From assembly GCF_000143415.4 (NCBI RefSeq), contig NW_003314378.1, positions 260,110 through 324,109 of the forward strand: a stretch of 64,000 nt of DNA, given 5' to 3'. Both the position numbers and the translations under genes were made by a program. This stretch comes from Selaginella moellendorffii. Its lineage: Eukaryota > Plantae > Lycopodiophyta. Of the stretch, positions 23,786 to 38,358 are shown piece by piece (within the stretch, counting starts at the first letter, position 1; each line of letters opens with the position of its first letter). Below the pieces are notes generated by a model. It made no database searches, was not told the origin of the DNA, and worked only from the letters and a program-made list of their open reading frames with translations.

Positions 23786-24992
23786 CACGCGAGGTAAGAA
23801 TGTAGCTTGGAATTTTTGGTGAGGTGTTGCTGATCTCTCTATCTCTTGAAGCGCCCGAAGAGACAACGCATGTTACTTTCGATGAATCGGCTGTTTCCCT
23901 CCCACAACCGGCCAAGACACACAACTCGGCTTGCAAAAATGGCGAAGAGGTTTGCAATTTTTTTTTTCCTTCTCTATATACTGAAGTCTCAAGCTTGCAA
24001 GGGTGCCAGAATGCTGAAACGGATTCTACCAGCCAGTGAGCATGTTTACGTTTTGCGTGGCTACTGGTGAAATTCATGGTGTTCTTGCTTTTAAGGTTGC
24101 TTTGACTCAACTATGCTGCCGCGATGCGTCCCCATCCTGAGAAGGTGCAAAGCTTACTTGCTAATTTTTGTAGATCTTCTAAGCTTTGCTGTTTACAGGC
24201 TCAAAGAGGGGGTGAAGATGCCTTCGTCACAGAAGGCTCCTGGATGGGTGTTGCTGATGGTGTTGGGGGCTGGGCCGGAGAAGGTAAGACAAATCTTTCT
24301 TTGAGTCTGTTTCTTCAAAAGAGTTTTTACTGGTTTTCAGGCATTGATTCGGGGATGTATTCTCGGGAGCTTATGGGACACTGTGGCATTGGTTGTAAAC
24401 AGCAAAGGGAAACCGGACCCCAAGGACGTCAGTACAAAGGCCCAGGGATCAGCAACGGTCCTTGTGGCTGCATTGTTTGAGCAAGTAAGCTAGTCGGATT
24501 TGATGTTTGAGGCTGAGTCGGGTCATATATTTCAGACATGTACGCAGCAAACTTGGGAGACTTGGGTTCATCATAGTTCAAGCTCGGAGCCCATGCAGCA
24601 TAGTTTTAACTTTCCGTTTCAAGTTGGAACATTTGGTGACCATCCGACGGTTGCAGAGGTACTCTTGCTTTTCCCTTAACTTCGCTAATTTTCCGTCTAC
24701 AGGAATTCAAGATCCCTGTCTGCAAGGGGGACATCATTGTTTTGGGAACTGATGGCCTTTTTGACAATCTCTTCAACAACGACATAGTCGAAGTTCTTAA
24801 AAAATCTGACCAAGTCAACTTGAAGGTGAACTCTCGCTGTTGAAGAATCTCAAGATTGCTAATATTCTCTTCACTTTACAGGCATGTAGCTGGGGCGTAG
24901 GCCGAGCGTTTGGATAGCCCGTTTGCTAGGGGGGCTGCAAAGGCGAGAATGAATTGGAGCGGTGGAAAGCTGTTGTGGCGTTTGTGACGTGA
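23786..24992 (+). pseudogene. PP2C copy U3
   Basis: No exon 1, frameshifts, loss of the DDTT motif. Confidence 0.85.
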
Positions 24993-26033
24993 TATTTGAG
25001 TCGCGAAGGGTAAACTTTTCAAGCAGTTTTTGCGGAGGCCAGTGTAAATTGCTCAGGCCGCGGTATTTCCGGTTCTTACGCTAATTGAGGTATGACACCC
25101 TTTTGATTTTATTCTTCGTGTCTTTGGTGTCTAGCCTTCATTAGAAACTGGTTTAAATCGCAGGTAAATCTTCCTTTAAGAAATCAAGGTTTTATTCCAT
25201 CAGAAGGTTCACAGCCTGGAAGTTCTAGCCTCACTGGAGATTGAACTCCGGACAGGACAGGTATCTCTTCTGTTTAGAGGGAACTGCTCAGGGTGTTAGA
25301 CATGTCAGGGAATCAGTTCAGCTGGACGATCACGAGCCGGCAACATGATCTCTGGCTCGTCCTTCTCGGGGGTACATGGAGCTGCTAGGCCTTTGGCGCG
25401 ATGGGATCTTTCGCGACTGCGTGGCTCTCCAGGAGCTCTTCAACAGTCTCACTCCCCCGTCCAGCAGCAAACTCCGGAATGTCATTCTCGGTTCTACATC
25501 TCTCAGCCATCCAAATGGGTGTGCGGGCTTAGAAGTGCTCGAACAACGTTTCGGAGGAGCTCGTGTGGGCCCTATCATGTCTCTCAGCTTGGGCAGACTC
25601 TTTGAGTTTGCTTGGATCTCTCAGAGAACCAGTTGAAGGGGATGGTTCTGAAGGACTAAGTGGTGGAAACCCTGCTACGGTCGAATAGCAACAAAGAGCT
25701 CACAGAGAACAGCTTGAAGGACAGCTCCAGGCGAGCTCATGTGGAGGATCCTTGGATACCACTTTCGTCCAGTACCGTGAGACTCCACCAGAAAGATGGT
25801 GAGGAAGGTGGCGACAAGCCAATTGGCTGGAGCTGTGACTTCCTTCTTTGTCTCGAGTATTTGGTCGCGTGTCCCGTCCACATGGTGAGCCACGGAATTG
25901 TTTCTTAGTTGCTCAAATCTTAATTCTTTCTGATCTCCAGGTTGGTAATCACCATTACCAAATAAGAGGAATTTTTTGCATTGAGGCTTTGCAGTTCGGT
26001 AGGCGACGAAGAAAAACTTTCCAGGATCGGAGG

Positions 26034-27485
26034 ATGAAAAGTTACAGCCCAAGCTTGCTGTTCTTCGTGCTCCTCTTCTCCGCTGCGGCACTGATACTCG
26101 TATGGATTCTCGACATAAATTCCGACTCCGCAATGATGTCCCGGAGCCGAACTCTGGGATCAAACTTCCGCATCAGCAACAACACCACAAGCTACAAGGG
26201 CAGCGACACTTGCAGGAGTAGGAACGAGTACGACTTCTACAGCCGCCGAAGATCAGCGAGCTTCGAGCCATCCGAGTCGGTCCAACGGAAAATCATAGAG
26301 TACGAGGCTTTGCACGGGAGGTGCGCTCCGGGCCCGAGCAGTGCGCGAACTGTAGTACATGCGGCTACCTCGTCTACGTTCCCGCCAACCAGGGGATCGG
26401 CAACAAGATGGTGGCTATAGTAGCAGCGTTTCTCTACGCGCTGCTCACCGACAGGACGATGCTGATCGCGAGGTTGGAGAACCTGGACACGCTCTTCTGC
26501 GAGCCGTTTCCATCCAGCTCCTGGCTGCTGCCGTCGAGCTGGAAGCACCTCGAGTTGGCGCCGTGGGACGCCTCCAAGTGGATTGGGAGCCTGGCGGGTT
26601 CGCCCAACTGCAGCCGCGGCGTCGACGTGAGCTTCCCCGAGGTGGTGGTGGCCTATCTCGATTACAACTACAGGGACCAGGACAAGGCCTTCTTCTGCCA
26701 AGATCAACAGCAAGCTCTCAACTCCAGCGCGCGGTGGATCGTCCTCTCCTCCGGCCAGTACTTCACTCCGGCGCTCTACAACGTCCCGACTTTCAGGAGC
26801 AAACTCGAGGAATTGTTCCCACAGCAGGAGGCCATCTTCCATCTCCTGGTGAGGTACCTGTTGCTTCCCAGTGACTTCGTGTGGGACAAGGCGGCCAGGT
26901 ACTACGACGCATACCTCGAAACCACATCTGGTTCTCGCCACCCAACCTCGCCGAGGATACGTTCGACTGCCTGGTGCAACAAGGCGCGCTCGCAAACACC
27001 ACCCAGGAGCGAGCTCCCAGATCGTCGGTGCGAGCTCCCAGATCGTCGGTGCGAGCTCCCAGATCGTCGGTGAGGAAGAACAGCAAGAAGGTGGCGGTGC
27101 TGGTGGTGTCGCTCAACTCGCAGTACTCGGAGACGCTCAAGAGCAAGGTGCTGGGATACGATCTAGCGGACGGTTCCTCGGTGTCCATCCACCAGCCGAG
27201 CGTGGAGGGGGTGCAAAACACAGGGAACTTGGATCACGACGCACAGGCGGTGATGGAGATCCACTTGCTGTCGATGAGCGATGTCCTGGTGACGAGCCCG
27301 CCATCCACGTTTGGCTACTCGGCGGCGGGGCTGGCGGGCGTGAGGCCCGTGCAGTTCGTGTGCGACCAGAGCGTGGTTTGCTCAGTGAGGGAGACGATGG
27401 AGCCGTGCTACCACGTTTATCCGGCTCAGTTCGCGCTGGACAACATTGAAAAGTGCGAATGCGGTGGGGTTTCAGACTAGTCTAA
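26034..27485 (+). pseudogene. GT37 fucosyltransferase copy U3
   Basis: Frameshifts near 26330 and 26915; 21-bp triplication. Confidence 0.88.
27009..27071 (+). repeat. 21-bp direct repeat x3 (gcgagctcccagatcgtcggt)
   Basis: Three perfect copies; single in other FUT copies. Confidence 0.9.
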
Positions 27486-27956
27486 AGGACATTCTTAGAA
27501 AGGGTGTTGTCTTAGAAAGTTCTAAGATTTTATTTTCTTTTTCGTGATAGATTTCTAAGTTGCTCCTTGGCTGCATGATGCAAATCTAGCGTCTTTTGTA
27601 GATTTGCGTGGTCAGGTCATGCTCTTGGCCCACGCAAAGTTGCGCCAAGGCTGCCTTGAAATCCGACATACACGGAACAGGTAATTTGCTACCAAGAGCT
27701 TATAGACTTCAAATGGCGAGCTGTCTTTTGTGCAGGACTTTGAAAAACTGCCCATATAGTGTTCTGGCTTGGAAGCTAACGATTCTTATTTTGACAGATG
27801 GCACGCGCAAAGGACTTGACTGTTTACCAAGCCCGGTGCTGTTTGTGTGAATATAAAACAGTGGAGGCCCATTGGATCCAATTGTATCGGAGCAAGCACG
27901 GCTCTTGGTTCTTATACAACGATATCATCACTATGTTTAGTGCTTTTGTGGCTGGA

Positions 27957-28199
27957 ATGAATCGTGGAAAGATACTTCTTGCCATCGCATTGGTGATCAT
28001 GATCAGCGGCAACATCGAATGTTGCAGGCCGGGCTCGTTTTCGGTGATGAGCCAGCAGGGCGAGCTTTTCAATTCCGAATTGCACTTTCCTGTTGTTAAA
28101 AAGATCCACACTCTTCTCGAAAGAACCTCCCGGAGAATGCTCACCCAGGGTCAGCCCACGCCAGCTCCCGGCCCTTCCGGGTGCTGCCACGATAATTGA
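27957..28199 (+). CDS. Secreted-peptide precursor U3 (C-terminus QPTPAPGPSGCCHDN)
   Basis: Intact ORF with signal-peptide-like N-terminus and RRML. Confidence 0.68.
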   Translation: MNRGKILLAIALVIMISGNIECCRPGSFSVMSQQGELFNSELHFPVVKKIHTLLERTSRRMLTQGQPTPAPGPSGCCHDN

Positions 28200-30092
28200 A
28201 GTGGCGGACAGCCACGTGGCTGACACGTCATGCAAGGCTCTTTCCATCTGGCGGCGAATTCTCCTCCAAATCCTCCACCTCCACTCCTTTCCCCATTCTT
28301 CCCCACCTCCGCTCCCTCCCATTACAGTCACACATCAATTTACCCAGCTTGCGTCCAGGAGGCGCTTGTCTCACCAAGGTGAAGGGGAATGATAAAGGCA
28401 ACTTTCCATTTTTCCTTGACTTGAGAGCTGCGTGGAATTCCCAGAAGTTCCACTCCAGCAAGTAATGTCTCCACAAGACTTTCAGGGATGTCTTGTACAG
28501 CTGCGAGCAATCAGCCGTGGTGGTGGCTTGCCCTTGTTCTGGCGAGAAGATCTGCAAAGAGGAGCGGCTGCAGTGAGTCTTGAAGATTCGCAGGTCGTTC
28601 GGATTGGGTATTGGGCAGCACTGGCAAAGGCAGATTTTCTCCCACTTGACGTGATGGAGTCTCATTGGAATGCACGTTTGGTGAGATGATCAGCGCCTTG
28701 GAGACAGGATTGTAGACCTTGTAAGCCTTGTGTTCAATGCCATAGCCTAGGAAAATGCTTCGTTCGCTTGTTGGAGTGTGTTTTTTTTCTAGTTATAGAG
28801 GGGATATGGACGCCATGGAAGGTGCGCTAATCCATTCGAATTCCACTTTGTGCAAGAACCCTTGACAATCCTGGACCTCAACATTGGCAAGCACTTAAAC
28901 GAGTCTTTTGGTACTTCCGAGATACGTTTTCTTACGGTCTTAAGGCCACAAGTCAAGCTTACTGGGCTGGCTTTGGCTAAATTGTTTAGCCTTCACAATG
29001 CAGTTGGCAGCAAGAAGCAGAGCGTCCTTGCCTGCTCCGGCTGTGAGGCGGAGGCTAGTTCCGCATGCAAAGAGGCCATCTGGCTTTGCCGCCTCCTCAA
29101 CGACACCCGGCCCAACACCAATCTACTGCAACAATCAAGGCTGCATCGCCTTGAGCAAACATCACAAGATTAATTCCCGGACGACACACGCACCACGCTG
29201 AGAGACACGTCCAGTTCTTTCCATGTTCTTGTGATTTCAATCTCGATAATGCAATCTTAATTGAACATCACAACAGCCTGGAAATCGAGTCCGCTGCTTC
29301 ATCCCACCAAACAATCTGATCTCGTGCACAGCATGAAACAAACATTCTCTGTGCCTCTCCTGATAGAGCCATACAGAACCTTCTCATGTCCAGCCACTTG
29401 ATTATTATATGCAGCACACTCAAATACGTCCAGGTAAATCCCGAAATCCTCTCAAAGTAGGCTAAAGGAGATACTTTGTCATCTTGCCAAAAGTCCCTTC
29501 TAACACATGCTTGAGGGTTAGAGAGGGCTTGGGTGAGTTGGCAAGGTGTAGTTTTGGTCTTTCCCTTGAAAGATCATGGACCTCACTTAACTACAGTATC
29601 ACCTTTAGCCCATTACAATGCTGCATAAAGGGATCACTGCGTTTGCTCATTGTGGCGAGGGCGAGAAAGTCCTCGATGGGAGCGTGGAAGGTGACACTCC
29701 GGCCTGCGCCTACATCAGCTCCGTGAATCGCAACAAGGATTTCTTTCTTCTCGTGACAGGGGATTTTAGGATCGCACCAGGCACAGGCAACTGGAGAATG
29801 CCAAGGAATTGCTGCGTGCCATGCCGTTTGTGCCGGATGCTCTGGTTTGTAGGGTTTTGGTGGCATCTTGCCGATCGCATTACGATATATTTCGGGCATT
29901 GGATCGACGTATGTCCTGGCAAATCGCTCCAGGAGCGTGTTTAAAATGGAAATTGGCGGGAAAGCGATGTGTTTGTTTTTTATTCTATCTAGCTGTGCTT
30001 ATGAAAGTTTCCGAAAGGTAAGAGCTTTGGAAAAATAATTTATTTATATATGTAACTTAGTCAAGTCAGCCTCGCAACCTTTGGAGAAACTT

Positions 30093-30758
30093 TCAAGTCA
30101 TGCCGATGAGCTCTCTCAACTTCTGGATGAGACCACGGTCGTCAATCTGGAACGCTTTCGCGATCACGTCGTCGTTGATTGGAGGATTGGAATCAAACAC
30201 CGCCTTGGCCACCTGAGTCGCCCCGGGGTTTTGGCTGTTGAAGCCAGCCATCGCAACCGCAGGCTCCTTTCCAACGTTAAGCTGAAAGTGGACGAGTCCC
30301 CGAGGGAAGACGAACAGATCTCCAGGATAGAGCATTTGGGCGAAGAGCTTGTTGTCCGGCAAGGTGGTGACGAATCCGACTAAGAGGTTCCCGTGCACGA
30401 GGAAGAGCAGCTCGGATCCTCGGGGATGGACGTGGGGGGGATTGGTGCCGCCGGGAGCATAGTCGACGCGGGCAAAAGCTACACCAAAGGTGTTGAGACC
30501 GGGGAAATTGTTGACACTCGCCAGCGTGACGTTGGAGCCGAGCTTGTTGTCGGTGTTCCCGGGAGTCGCCAGCAGGCTCGACTTGAAGTCCTCGGCTTTC
30601 ACATCGGCGGCCGCCTTGCAGACCACGCCGTTCACTTTGATCTTGGAGCCATTGTCCGCAACGCAAAAGTCCTGCAGCATATCTTCATCCGCGGCATGCA
30701 CAAACAAGATGGAGCTGATTGCTAGGAGGAAGGATAGAACAAAACGAAGATGAGCCAT
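30093..30758 (-). CDS. Germin-like protein U3, intact
   Basis: Germin boxes A, B and C; signal peptide. Confidence 0.93.
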   Translation of the reverse strand: MAHLRFVLSFLLAISSILFVHAADEDMLQDFCVADNGSKIKVNGVVCKAAADVKAEDFKSSLLATPGNTDNKLGSNVTLASVNNFPGLNTFGVAFARVDYAPGGTNPPHVHPRGSELLFLVHGNLLVGFVTTLPDNKLFAQMLYPGDLFVFPRGLVHFQLNVGKEPAVAMAGFNSQNPGATQVAKAVFDSNPPINDDVIAKAFQIDDRGLIQKLRELIGMT

Positions 30759-32221
30759 CTTGCGAGCTTGGAAAAGACTGATGGAGCTATATGAGGGAGG
30801 GGCAGGCATTTTATAGCCGGAGGAGGGAAGGCGAGGTCCTTTGGATGACTTCGTCGTGAATCGTGCACGATTTTAGGTACACGGTCTTTTCTTCCCTTCT
30901 ATTTCATTTTTTACTCTTGCTGTCCGCGTAACACAATCTGATTTGTTTGCTGCCAAGTCGTCTCAGAAGTTTTCTTTTACCGGGCTTGTCTAGAGCTGTC
31001 AAATTCATCTTTTATGTGTGTAGATGATGACGACCTTGGTTTTGATGGTCAGAATGAAACTCGAGTTTTACACGGTTTTAAAAACTTGACACTAAATTGC
31101 TTTGTTCTTCTACCAGAGACTTTTTATGTGTGGAGTTTTAACGGAATTATTATGGATTGTGTAGGTCCATTGCTGATACAAATAAACTATGGGTATATCG
31201 ACCAAAGGTACGTCTATGTAGGTTATCAATTTTGCAGACAACTGTGTAAAAGGATAGTTGCTCACATAGTCATGAGACATACATAGTTATAGTCATTGTG
31301 ATTATTGCTTGCATCATTGTCATGGGCAAAATAGAATGTTTATTGCTGCCACTTTATTAATTAGTTTAATGCAATAAACTTATGATATTAAAAAGTTTTA
31401 TAATTTGTCCCACCAGTGCAATCTAGGAAAGCATCCAGTTGGGGTGGTGGGAGTGAACTGAGAGATACTCCTATGCTGCTGTGTGAGCATGTCAATCAGT
31501 CAGCTGACCTCAGTATCAGTGGTCGTGGGCAGTGCATTCTAAAGCTCTTGGACTTGTTGGGCAAAGTCGGGCACCCATGCTGGCATGACTTGGTCGTGAT
31601 TCTGGTTGTTGATAGGAGTGTTGTAAGTAGCATATGCATCCTAGTCAGACATGAGGCGGTCAAGAACTCTTGGAATTCCCTGCCATTGCAAAGAAACAAA
31701 GAAAAAATATCAATGGCTAACTTTCATTCACCATTTTGTCAAGGAAAAATCTAAACAATACACCACATTATTAAAGAATAGTTTGGCTGACCAAGATGTA
31801 ATCGTTTGTACTACTCCTGTTCCATCTATGGTGCCCAATTGTGTAGTGCTGTTAATAATGTAGAGTTGAGAGGCATTATTAGTCATGTGGATGTCCTCTG
31901 CTGCTGCCTGGTTCGAGGAGCCCTTCCGCTGTTGTGAGTTGAGCCTGCAAAGTCCGTTGCAATATTAAAAACGTTTAACTGCCCAGTCAGCCTCACTGGT
32001 TTGATCGGTCAGTGTATAGTTTTATCTTAAGAGTAACATTCCACGAACTAGAGAGTAGAATTTAGCTGCTCAACCAAAGTCCCACCCATATCCATAACCC
32101 ATGCCTTGTCCACCAGTGGAATCAACTCTCTGCGAGGAAAGAAAATAAGATCCAAGCACTAATCACGCAAGTTTACCGCAGATCATGGCTCACAACGAGC
32201 AACGTCCTCTCCTTCTTTAAG

Positions 32222-33456
32222 TACGCGAGGTAAGAATGTAGCTTGGAATTTTTGGTGACGTGTTGCTGATCTCTCTATCTCTTGAAGCGCCCGAAGAGAC
32301 AACGCATGTTACTTTCGATGAATCGGCTGTTTCCCTCCCACAACCGGCCAAGACACACAACTCGGCTTGCAAAAATGGCGAAGAGGTTTGCAATTTTTCT
32401 TTCCTTCTCTATATACTGAAGTCTTAAGCTTGCAAGGGTGCCAGAATGCTGAAACGGATTCTACCAGCCAGTGAGCTTGTTTACGTTTCGCGTGGCTATT
32501 GGTGAAATTCATGGTGTTCTTGCTTTTAAGGTTGCTTCGACTCGACTATGCTGCGGCGATGCGTCCCCATCCTGAGAAGGTGCAAAGCTTACTTGCTAAT
32601 TTTTGTAGATCTTCTAAGCTTTGCTGTTTACAGGCTCAAAGAGGGGGTGAAGATGCCTTCGTCACAGAAGGCTCCTGGATGGGTGTTGCTGATGGTTCTG
32701 GGGGCTGGGCCGGAGAAGGTAAGACAAATCTTTCTTTGAGTCTGTTTCTTCAAAAGAGTTTTTACTGGTTTTCAGGCATTGATTCGGGGATGTATTCTCG
32801 GGAGCTTATGGGACACTGTAAGGCATTGGTTGTAAACAGCAAAGGGAAACCGGACCCCAAGGACGTGCTTGTCAAAGCCGCCGGCAGTACAAAGGCCCAG
32901 GGATCAGCAACGGTCCTTGTGGCTGCATTGTTTGAGCAAGTAAGCTAGTCGGATTTGATGTTTGAGGCTGAGTCGGGTCATATATTTCAGACATGTACGC
33001 AGCAAACTTGGGAGACTTGGGTTCATCATAGTTCGCAATTGGCAAGTAGTTGCAAGCTCGGAGCCCATGCAGCATAGTTTTAACTTTCCGTTTCAAGTTG
33101 GAACATTTGGTGACCATCCGACGGTTGCAGAGGTACTCTTGCTTTTCCCTTAACTTCGCTAATTTTCCGTTTACAGGAATTCAAGATCCCTGTCTGCAAG
33201 GGGGACATCATTGTTTTGGGAACTGATGGCCTTTTTGACAATCTCTTCAACAACGACATAATCGAAGTTCTTAAAAAATCTGACCAAGTCAACTTCAAGG
33301 TGAACTCTCGCTGTTAAGATTGCTAATATTCTCTTCACTTTACAGGCATGTAGCTGGGACGTAGGCCGAGCGTTTGGACAGCCCGTTTGCTAGGGGGGCT
33401 GCAAAGGCGAGAATGAATTGGAGCGGTGGAAAGCTGTTGTGGCGTTTGTGACGTGA
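32222..33456 (+). pseudogene. PP2C copy U4
   Basis: No exon 1, frameshifts and deletions. Confidence 0.85.
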
Positions 33457-34500
33457 TATTTGAGTCGCGAAGGGTAAACTTTTCAAGCAGTTTTTGCGGA
33501 GGCCAGTGTAAATTGCTCAGGCCGCGGTATTTCCGGTTCTTACGCTAATTGAGGTATGACACCTTTTTGATTTTATTCAAACGGCTCATCTTCGTGTCTT
33601 TGGTGTCTAGCCTTCATTAGAAACTGGTTTAAATCGCACGTAGCTGCTGCTGAATCTTCCTTTAAGAAATCAAGGTTTTGTTCCATCAGAAGCTTCACAG
33701 CGTGGAAGTTCTAGCCTCACTGGAGATTGAACTCCGGACAGGACAGGTATCTCTTCTGTTTAGAGGGAACTGCTCAGGGTGTTAGACATGTCAGGGAATC
33801 AGTTCAGCTGGACGATCACGAGCCGGCAACATGATCTCTGGCTCGTCCTTCTCGGGGGTACATCGAGCTGCTAGGCCTTTGGCACGATGGGATCTTTCGC
33901 AACTGCGTGGCTCTCCAGGAGCTCTTCAACAGTCTCACTCCCCCGTCCAGCAGCAAACTCCGGAATGTCATTCTCGGCTCTACATCTCTCAGCCATCCAA
34001 ATGGGTGTGCGGGCTTGGAAGTGCTCGAACAACGTTTCGGAGGAGCACGTGTGGGCTGTATCTTGTCTCTCAGCTTGGGCAGACTCTTTGAGTTTGCTCG
34101 GATCTCTCGGAGAACCGGTTGGAGGGGCTGGTTCTGAAGGACTAAGTGGTGGAAACCCTGCTACGGTCGGATAGCAACAAAGAGCTCACGGAGAACAGCT
34201 TGAAGGACAGCTCCAGGCGAGCTCGTGTGGAAGATCCTTGGATACCGCTCTCATCCCAGTACCGTGAGACTCCACCAGAAAGATGGTGAGCGACGAAGTC
34301 AATTGGCTGGAGCTGTGAGTTCCTTCTTCGTCTTGAGTATTTGGTCGCGTGTCCCGTCCACATGGTAAGCCACGGAATTGTTTCTTAGTTGCTCAAATCT
34401 TAATTCTTTCTGATCTTCAGGTTAGTAATCACCATCACCAACTAAGAGGAATTTTTTGCATTGAGGTGGAGTTCGGGAGGCAACTTTCCAGGATCGGAGG

Positions 34501-35935
34501 ATGAAAAGTTACAGCCCGAGCTTGCTGTTCTTCGTGCTCCTCTTCTCCGCTGCAGCACTGCTACTCATATGGGTTCTCGACATAAATTCCGACTCTGCGA
34601 TGATGTCCCGGAGCCGAACTCTGGGATCAAACTTCCGGATCAGCAACAACACCACAAGCTACAACGGCAGCGACACTTGCAGGAGCAGGAACGAGTACGA
34701 CTTCTACAGCCGCCGAAGATCGACGAGCTTCGAGCCATCCGAGTCGCTCCAAAGGAAAATCCTAGAGTGGAGGCTTTGCGCGGGAGGTGCGCTCCGGGGC
34801 CCGAGCAGTGCGCGAACTGTAGTACATGCGGCTACCTCGTCTACGTTCCCGCCAGCCAGGGGATCGGCAACAAGATGGTGGCTATAGTAGCAGCGTTTCT
34901 CTACCCGCTGCTCACCGACAGGACGATGCTGATCGCGAGGTTGGAGAACCTGGACACGCTCTTCTGCGAGCCGTTTCCACCCAGCTCCTGGCTGCTGCCG
35001 TCGAGCTGGAAGCACCTCGAGTTGGCGCCGTGGGACGCCTCCAAGTGGATTGGAAGCCTGGTGGGATCGCCCAACTGCAGCCGCGGCGTCGACGTGAGCT
35101 TGGTGGCCTATCTCGATTACAACTACAGGGACCAGGACAAGGCCTTCTTCTGCCAAGATCAACAGCAAGCTCTTAACTCCAGCGCGCGGTGGATCGTCCT
35201 CTCCTCCGGCCAGTACTTCACTCCGGCACTCTACAACGTCCCGGCTTTCAGGAGCAAGCTCGAGGAATGGTTCCCACAGCAGGAGGCCATCTTCCATCTC
35301 CTGGTGAGGTACCTGTTGCTTCCCAGTGACTTCGGGACAAGGCGGCCAGGTACTACGACGCGTACCTGGCCCAGGCCGAGCTTCTAGTCGGGGTCCAGCT
35401 GCGAAGCCACATCTGGTTCTCGCCACCCAACCTCGCCGAGGATACGTTCGACTGCCTGGTGCAACAAGGCGCGCTCGCAAACACCACCCAGGAGCGAGCT
35501 CCCAGATCGTCGGTGAGGAAGAACAGCAAGAAGGTGGCGGTGCTGGTGGTGTCGCTCAACTTGCAGTACTCGGAGACGCTCAAGAGCAAGGTGCTGGGAT
35601 ACGATCTAGCGGACGGCTCCTCGGTGTCCATCCACCAGCCGAGCGTGGAGGGCGTGCAAAACACAGGGAACTTGGATCACGACGCACAGGCGGTGATGGA
35701 GATCTACTTGCTGTCGATGAGCGATGTCCTGGTGACGAGCCCGCCATCCACGTTTGGCTACTCGGCGGCGGGGCTGGAGGGCGTGCGGCCCGTGCAGTTC
35801 GTGTGCGACCAGAACAAGAGCGTGGTCTGCTCGGTGAGGGAGACGATGGAGCCGTGCTACCACGTTTATCCGGCTCAATTCGCGCTGGACAACATTGAAA
35901 AGTGCGAATGCGGCATGGGTTTCAGACTAGTCTAA
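34501..35935 (+). pseudogene. GT37 fucosyltransferase copy U4
   Basis: Frameshifts near 34770 and 35335. Confidence 0.88.
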
Positions 35936-36411
35936 AGTACATTCTTAGAAAGGGTGTTGTCTTAGAAAGTTCTTAAAGCTTTTAAAATTTTATTTTCTTT
36001 CTCGTGATAGATTTCTAAGTTGCTCCTTGGCTGCATCACGCAAATCTAGCGTCATTTGTAGACTTGCGTGGTCAGGTCATGCTCTTGGCCCATGCAAAGT
36101 TGCACCAAGGCTGCCTGGAAATCCAGGTAATTTGGTACCAAGAGCTTATAGACTTCAAATGGCGAGCTGTCTTTTGTGCAGGACTTTGAAAAACTGCTCG
36201 TAGAGTGTTCTGGCTTGGAAGCTAACGAGTCTTGTTTTGACAGATGGCACGTGCAAAGGACTTGACTGTTTACCAAGCCCGGTGGAGAACTTTCTATGTG
36301 AATGAATATAAAACACTGGAGGCCCATTGGATCCAATCGTAGCAGAGCAAGCACAGCTCTTGGTTCTTATACAACGATATCATCACTACGTTTAGTGCTT
36401 TTGTGGCTGGA

Positions 36412-36657
36412 ATGGATCGTGGAAGGATACTTCTTGCCATCACATTGGTGATCATGATCAGCGGCAATATCGATTGTTCCAGGCCAGGCTCATTTTTGGT
36501 GATGAGCCAACAGGCCGAGCTTTTCAATTTCGAATTGCGCCTTCCTGTTGCTAACAAGATCCACACTCTTCTCGAAAGGACCTCCCGGAGAATGCTCATC
36601 CAGGGTCAGCCCACGCCACCCTCCGGCCCTTCCGAGGACAACCACGATCATGATTGA
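36412..36657 (+). CDS. Secreted-peptide precursor U4 (C-terminus QPTPPSGPSEDNHDHD)
   Basis: Intact ORF. Confidence 0.68.
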   Translation: MDRGRILLAITLVIMISGNIDCSRPGSFLVMSQQAELFNFELRLPVANKIHTLLERTSRRMLIQGQPTPPSGPSEDNHDHD

Positions 36658-38358
36658 AGAGGCGGACAGCCACGTGGCTGACACGTCACGCAAGGAGACA
36701 CGTCAGGCTCTTTCCATCTGGCGGCGAATTCTCCTCCAAATCCTTCACCTCCACTTCTTTTCCCATTCTTTCGCACCTCCGCTCCCTCCCATTACAGTCA
36801 CACACCCAGCATGCGTCCAGGAGGGGACGTCTCACCAAGGTGTGGGGAATGATAAAGGCAACTTTCCATTTTTCCCTGTCAACTTCAAGAGACTTGAGAG
36901 CCGCTTGGAATTCCCAGAAGTTCCACTCCAGCAAGTAAAGTCTCCACAAAACTTTCAGGGATGTCGTGTACAGCTGCGAGCAATCAGCCGTGGTGGTGGC
37001 TTGCCCTTGTTCTGGCGAGAAGATCTGCAAAGAGGAGCGGCTGCAGTGAGTCTCGAAGATTCGCAGGTCGTTCGGATTGGGCATGGCTTGAGGGCCGGGC
37101 AGGGCAGGAGGGACAAGAGCCGGTGGTGCTAGAGCAGGCTGCAGAGGGAAGTGGGCAGCACTGGCAAAGGCAGATTTTCTCCCACTTGACGTGATGCAGT
37201 CTCATTGAAATGCACGTCTGGTGAGATGATCAGCGTCTTGGAGACAGGATTGTAGACTTTGTAAGCCAATGCTATAGCCTAGGAAAATGCCTCGTTCGCT
37301 TGTTGAAGTGAGTTTTTTTCTAGTTTTAGAGGGGATATGGACGCCATGGAAGGTGCGCTAATCCATTTGAATTCCACTTTGTGCAAGAACTTGACAATCC
37401 TGGACCTCAACATTGGCAAGCACTTAAACGTGTCTTACGAGATATGTTTCCTTACAGTCTTAAGGCCACGAGTCAAGCTTACTGGGCTGGCTTTGGCTAT
37501 ATTGTTTAGCCTTCACAATGCAATTGACAGCAAGAAGAAGAGCGTCGTTGCCTGCTCCAGCTGTGAGGCGGAGGCTAGTTCCGCATGCAAAGAGGCCATC
37601 TGGCTTCGCCACCTCCTCCTCAACGACACCCGGCCCAACACCAATCTACTGTGACAATCAAAGCTACATTGCCTCGAGCAAACATCACAAGATTAATTCC
37701 CGGACAAAACACGCACTAGGCTAAAGGAGATATTTTCTCAGCTTGCCAAAAGCCTCTTCTAACACATGCTTGAGGGTTAGAGAGGGCTTGGGTGAGTTGG
37801 CAAGGTGTAGTTTTGGTCTTTCCCTTGAACATTGTAAGATCATGGACCTCACTTCACTACAGTGTCACCTTTAGCCCATTACAATGCTGCATAAAGGGAT
37901 CACTGCGTTTGCTCATTGTGGCGAGGGCGAGAAAGTCCCGGATGGGAGCGTGGAAGGTGACACTCCGGCCTGCGCCTACATCAGCTCCGTGAATCGCATC
38001 AAGGATTTCTTTCTTCTCGTGACAGGGGATTTTAGGATCGCACCAGGCACAGCTAACTGGAGAATGCCAAGGAATTGCTGCGTGCCATGCCGTTTGTGCC
38101 GGATGCTCTGGTTTGTAGGGTTTTGGTGGCATCTTGCCGATCGCATTACGATATATTTCGGGCATTGGATCGACATATGTCCTGGCAAATCGCTCCAGGA
38201 GCGTGTTTAAAATGGAAATTGGCGGGAAAGCGATGTGTTTGTTTTTTATTCTATCTAGCTGTGCTTACGAAAGTTTCCGAAAGGTAAGAGCTTTGGAAAA
38301 ATAATTTATTTATATATGTAACTTAGTCAAGTCAGCCTCGCAACCTTTGGAGAAACTT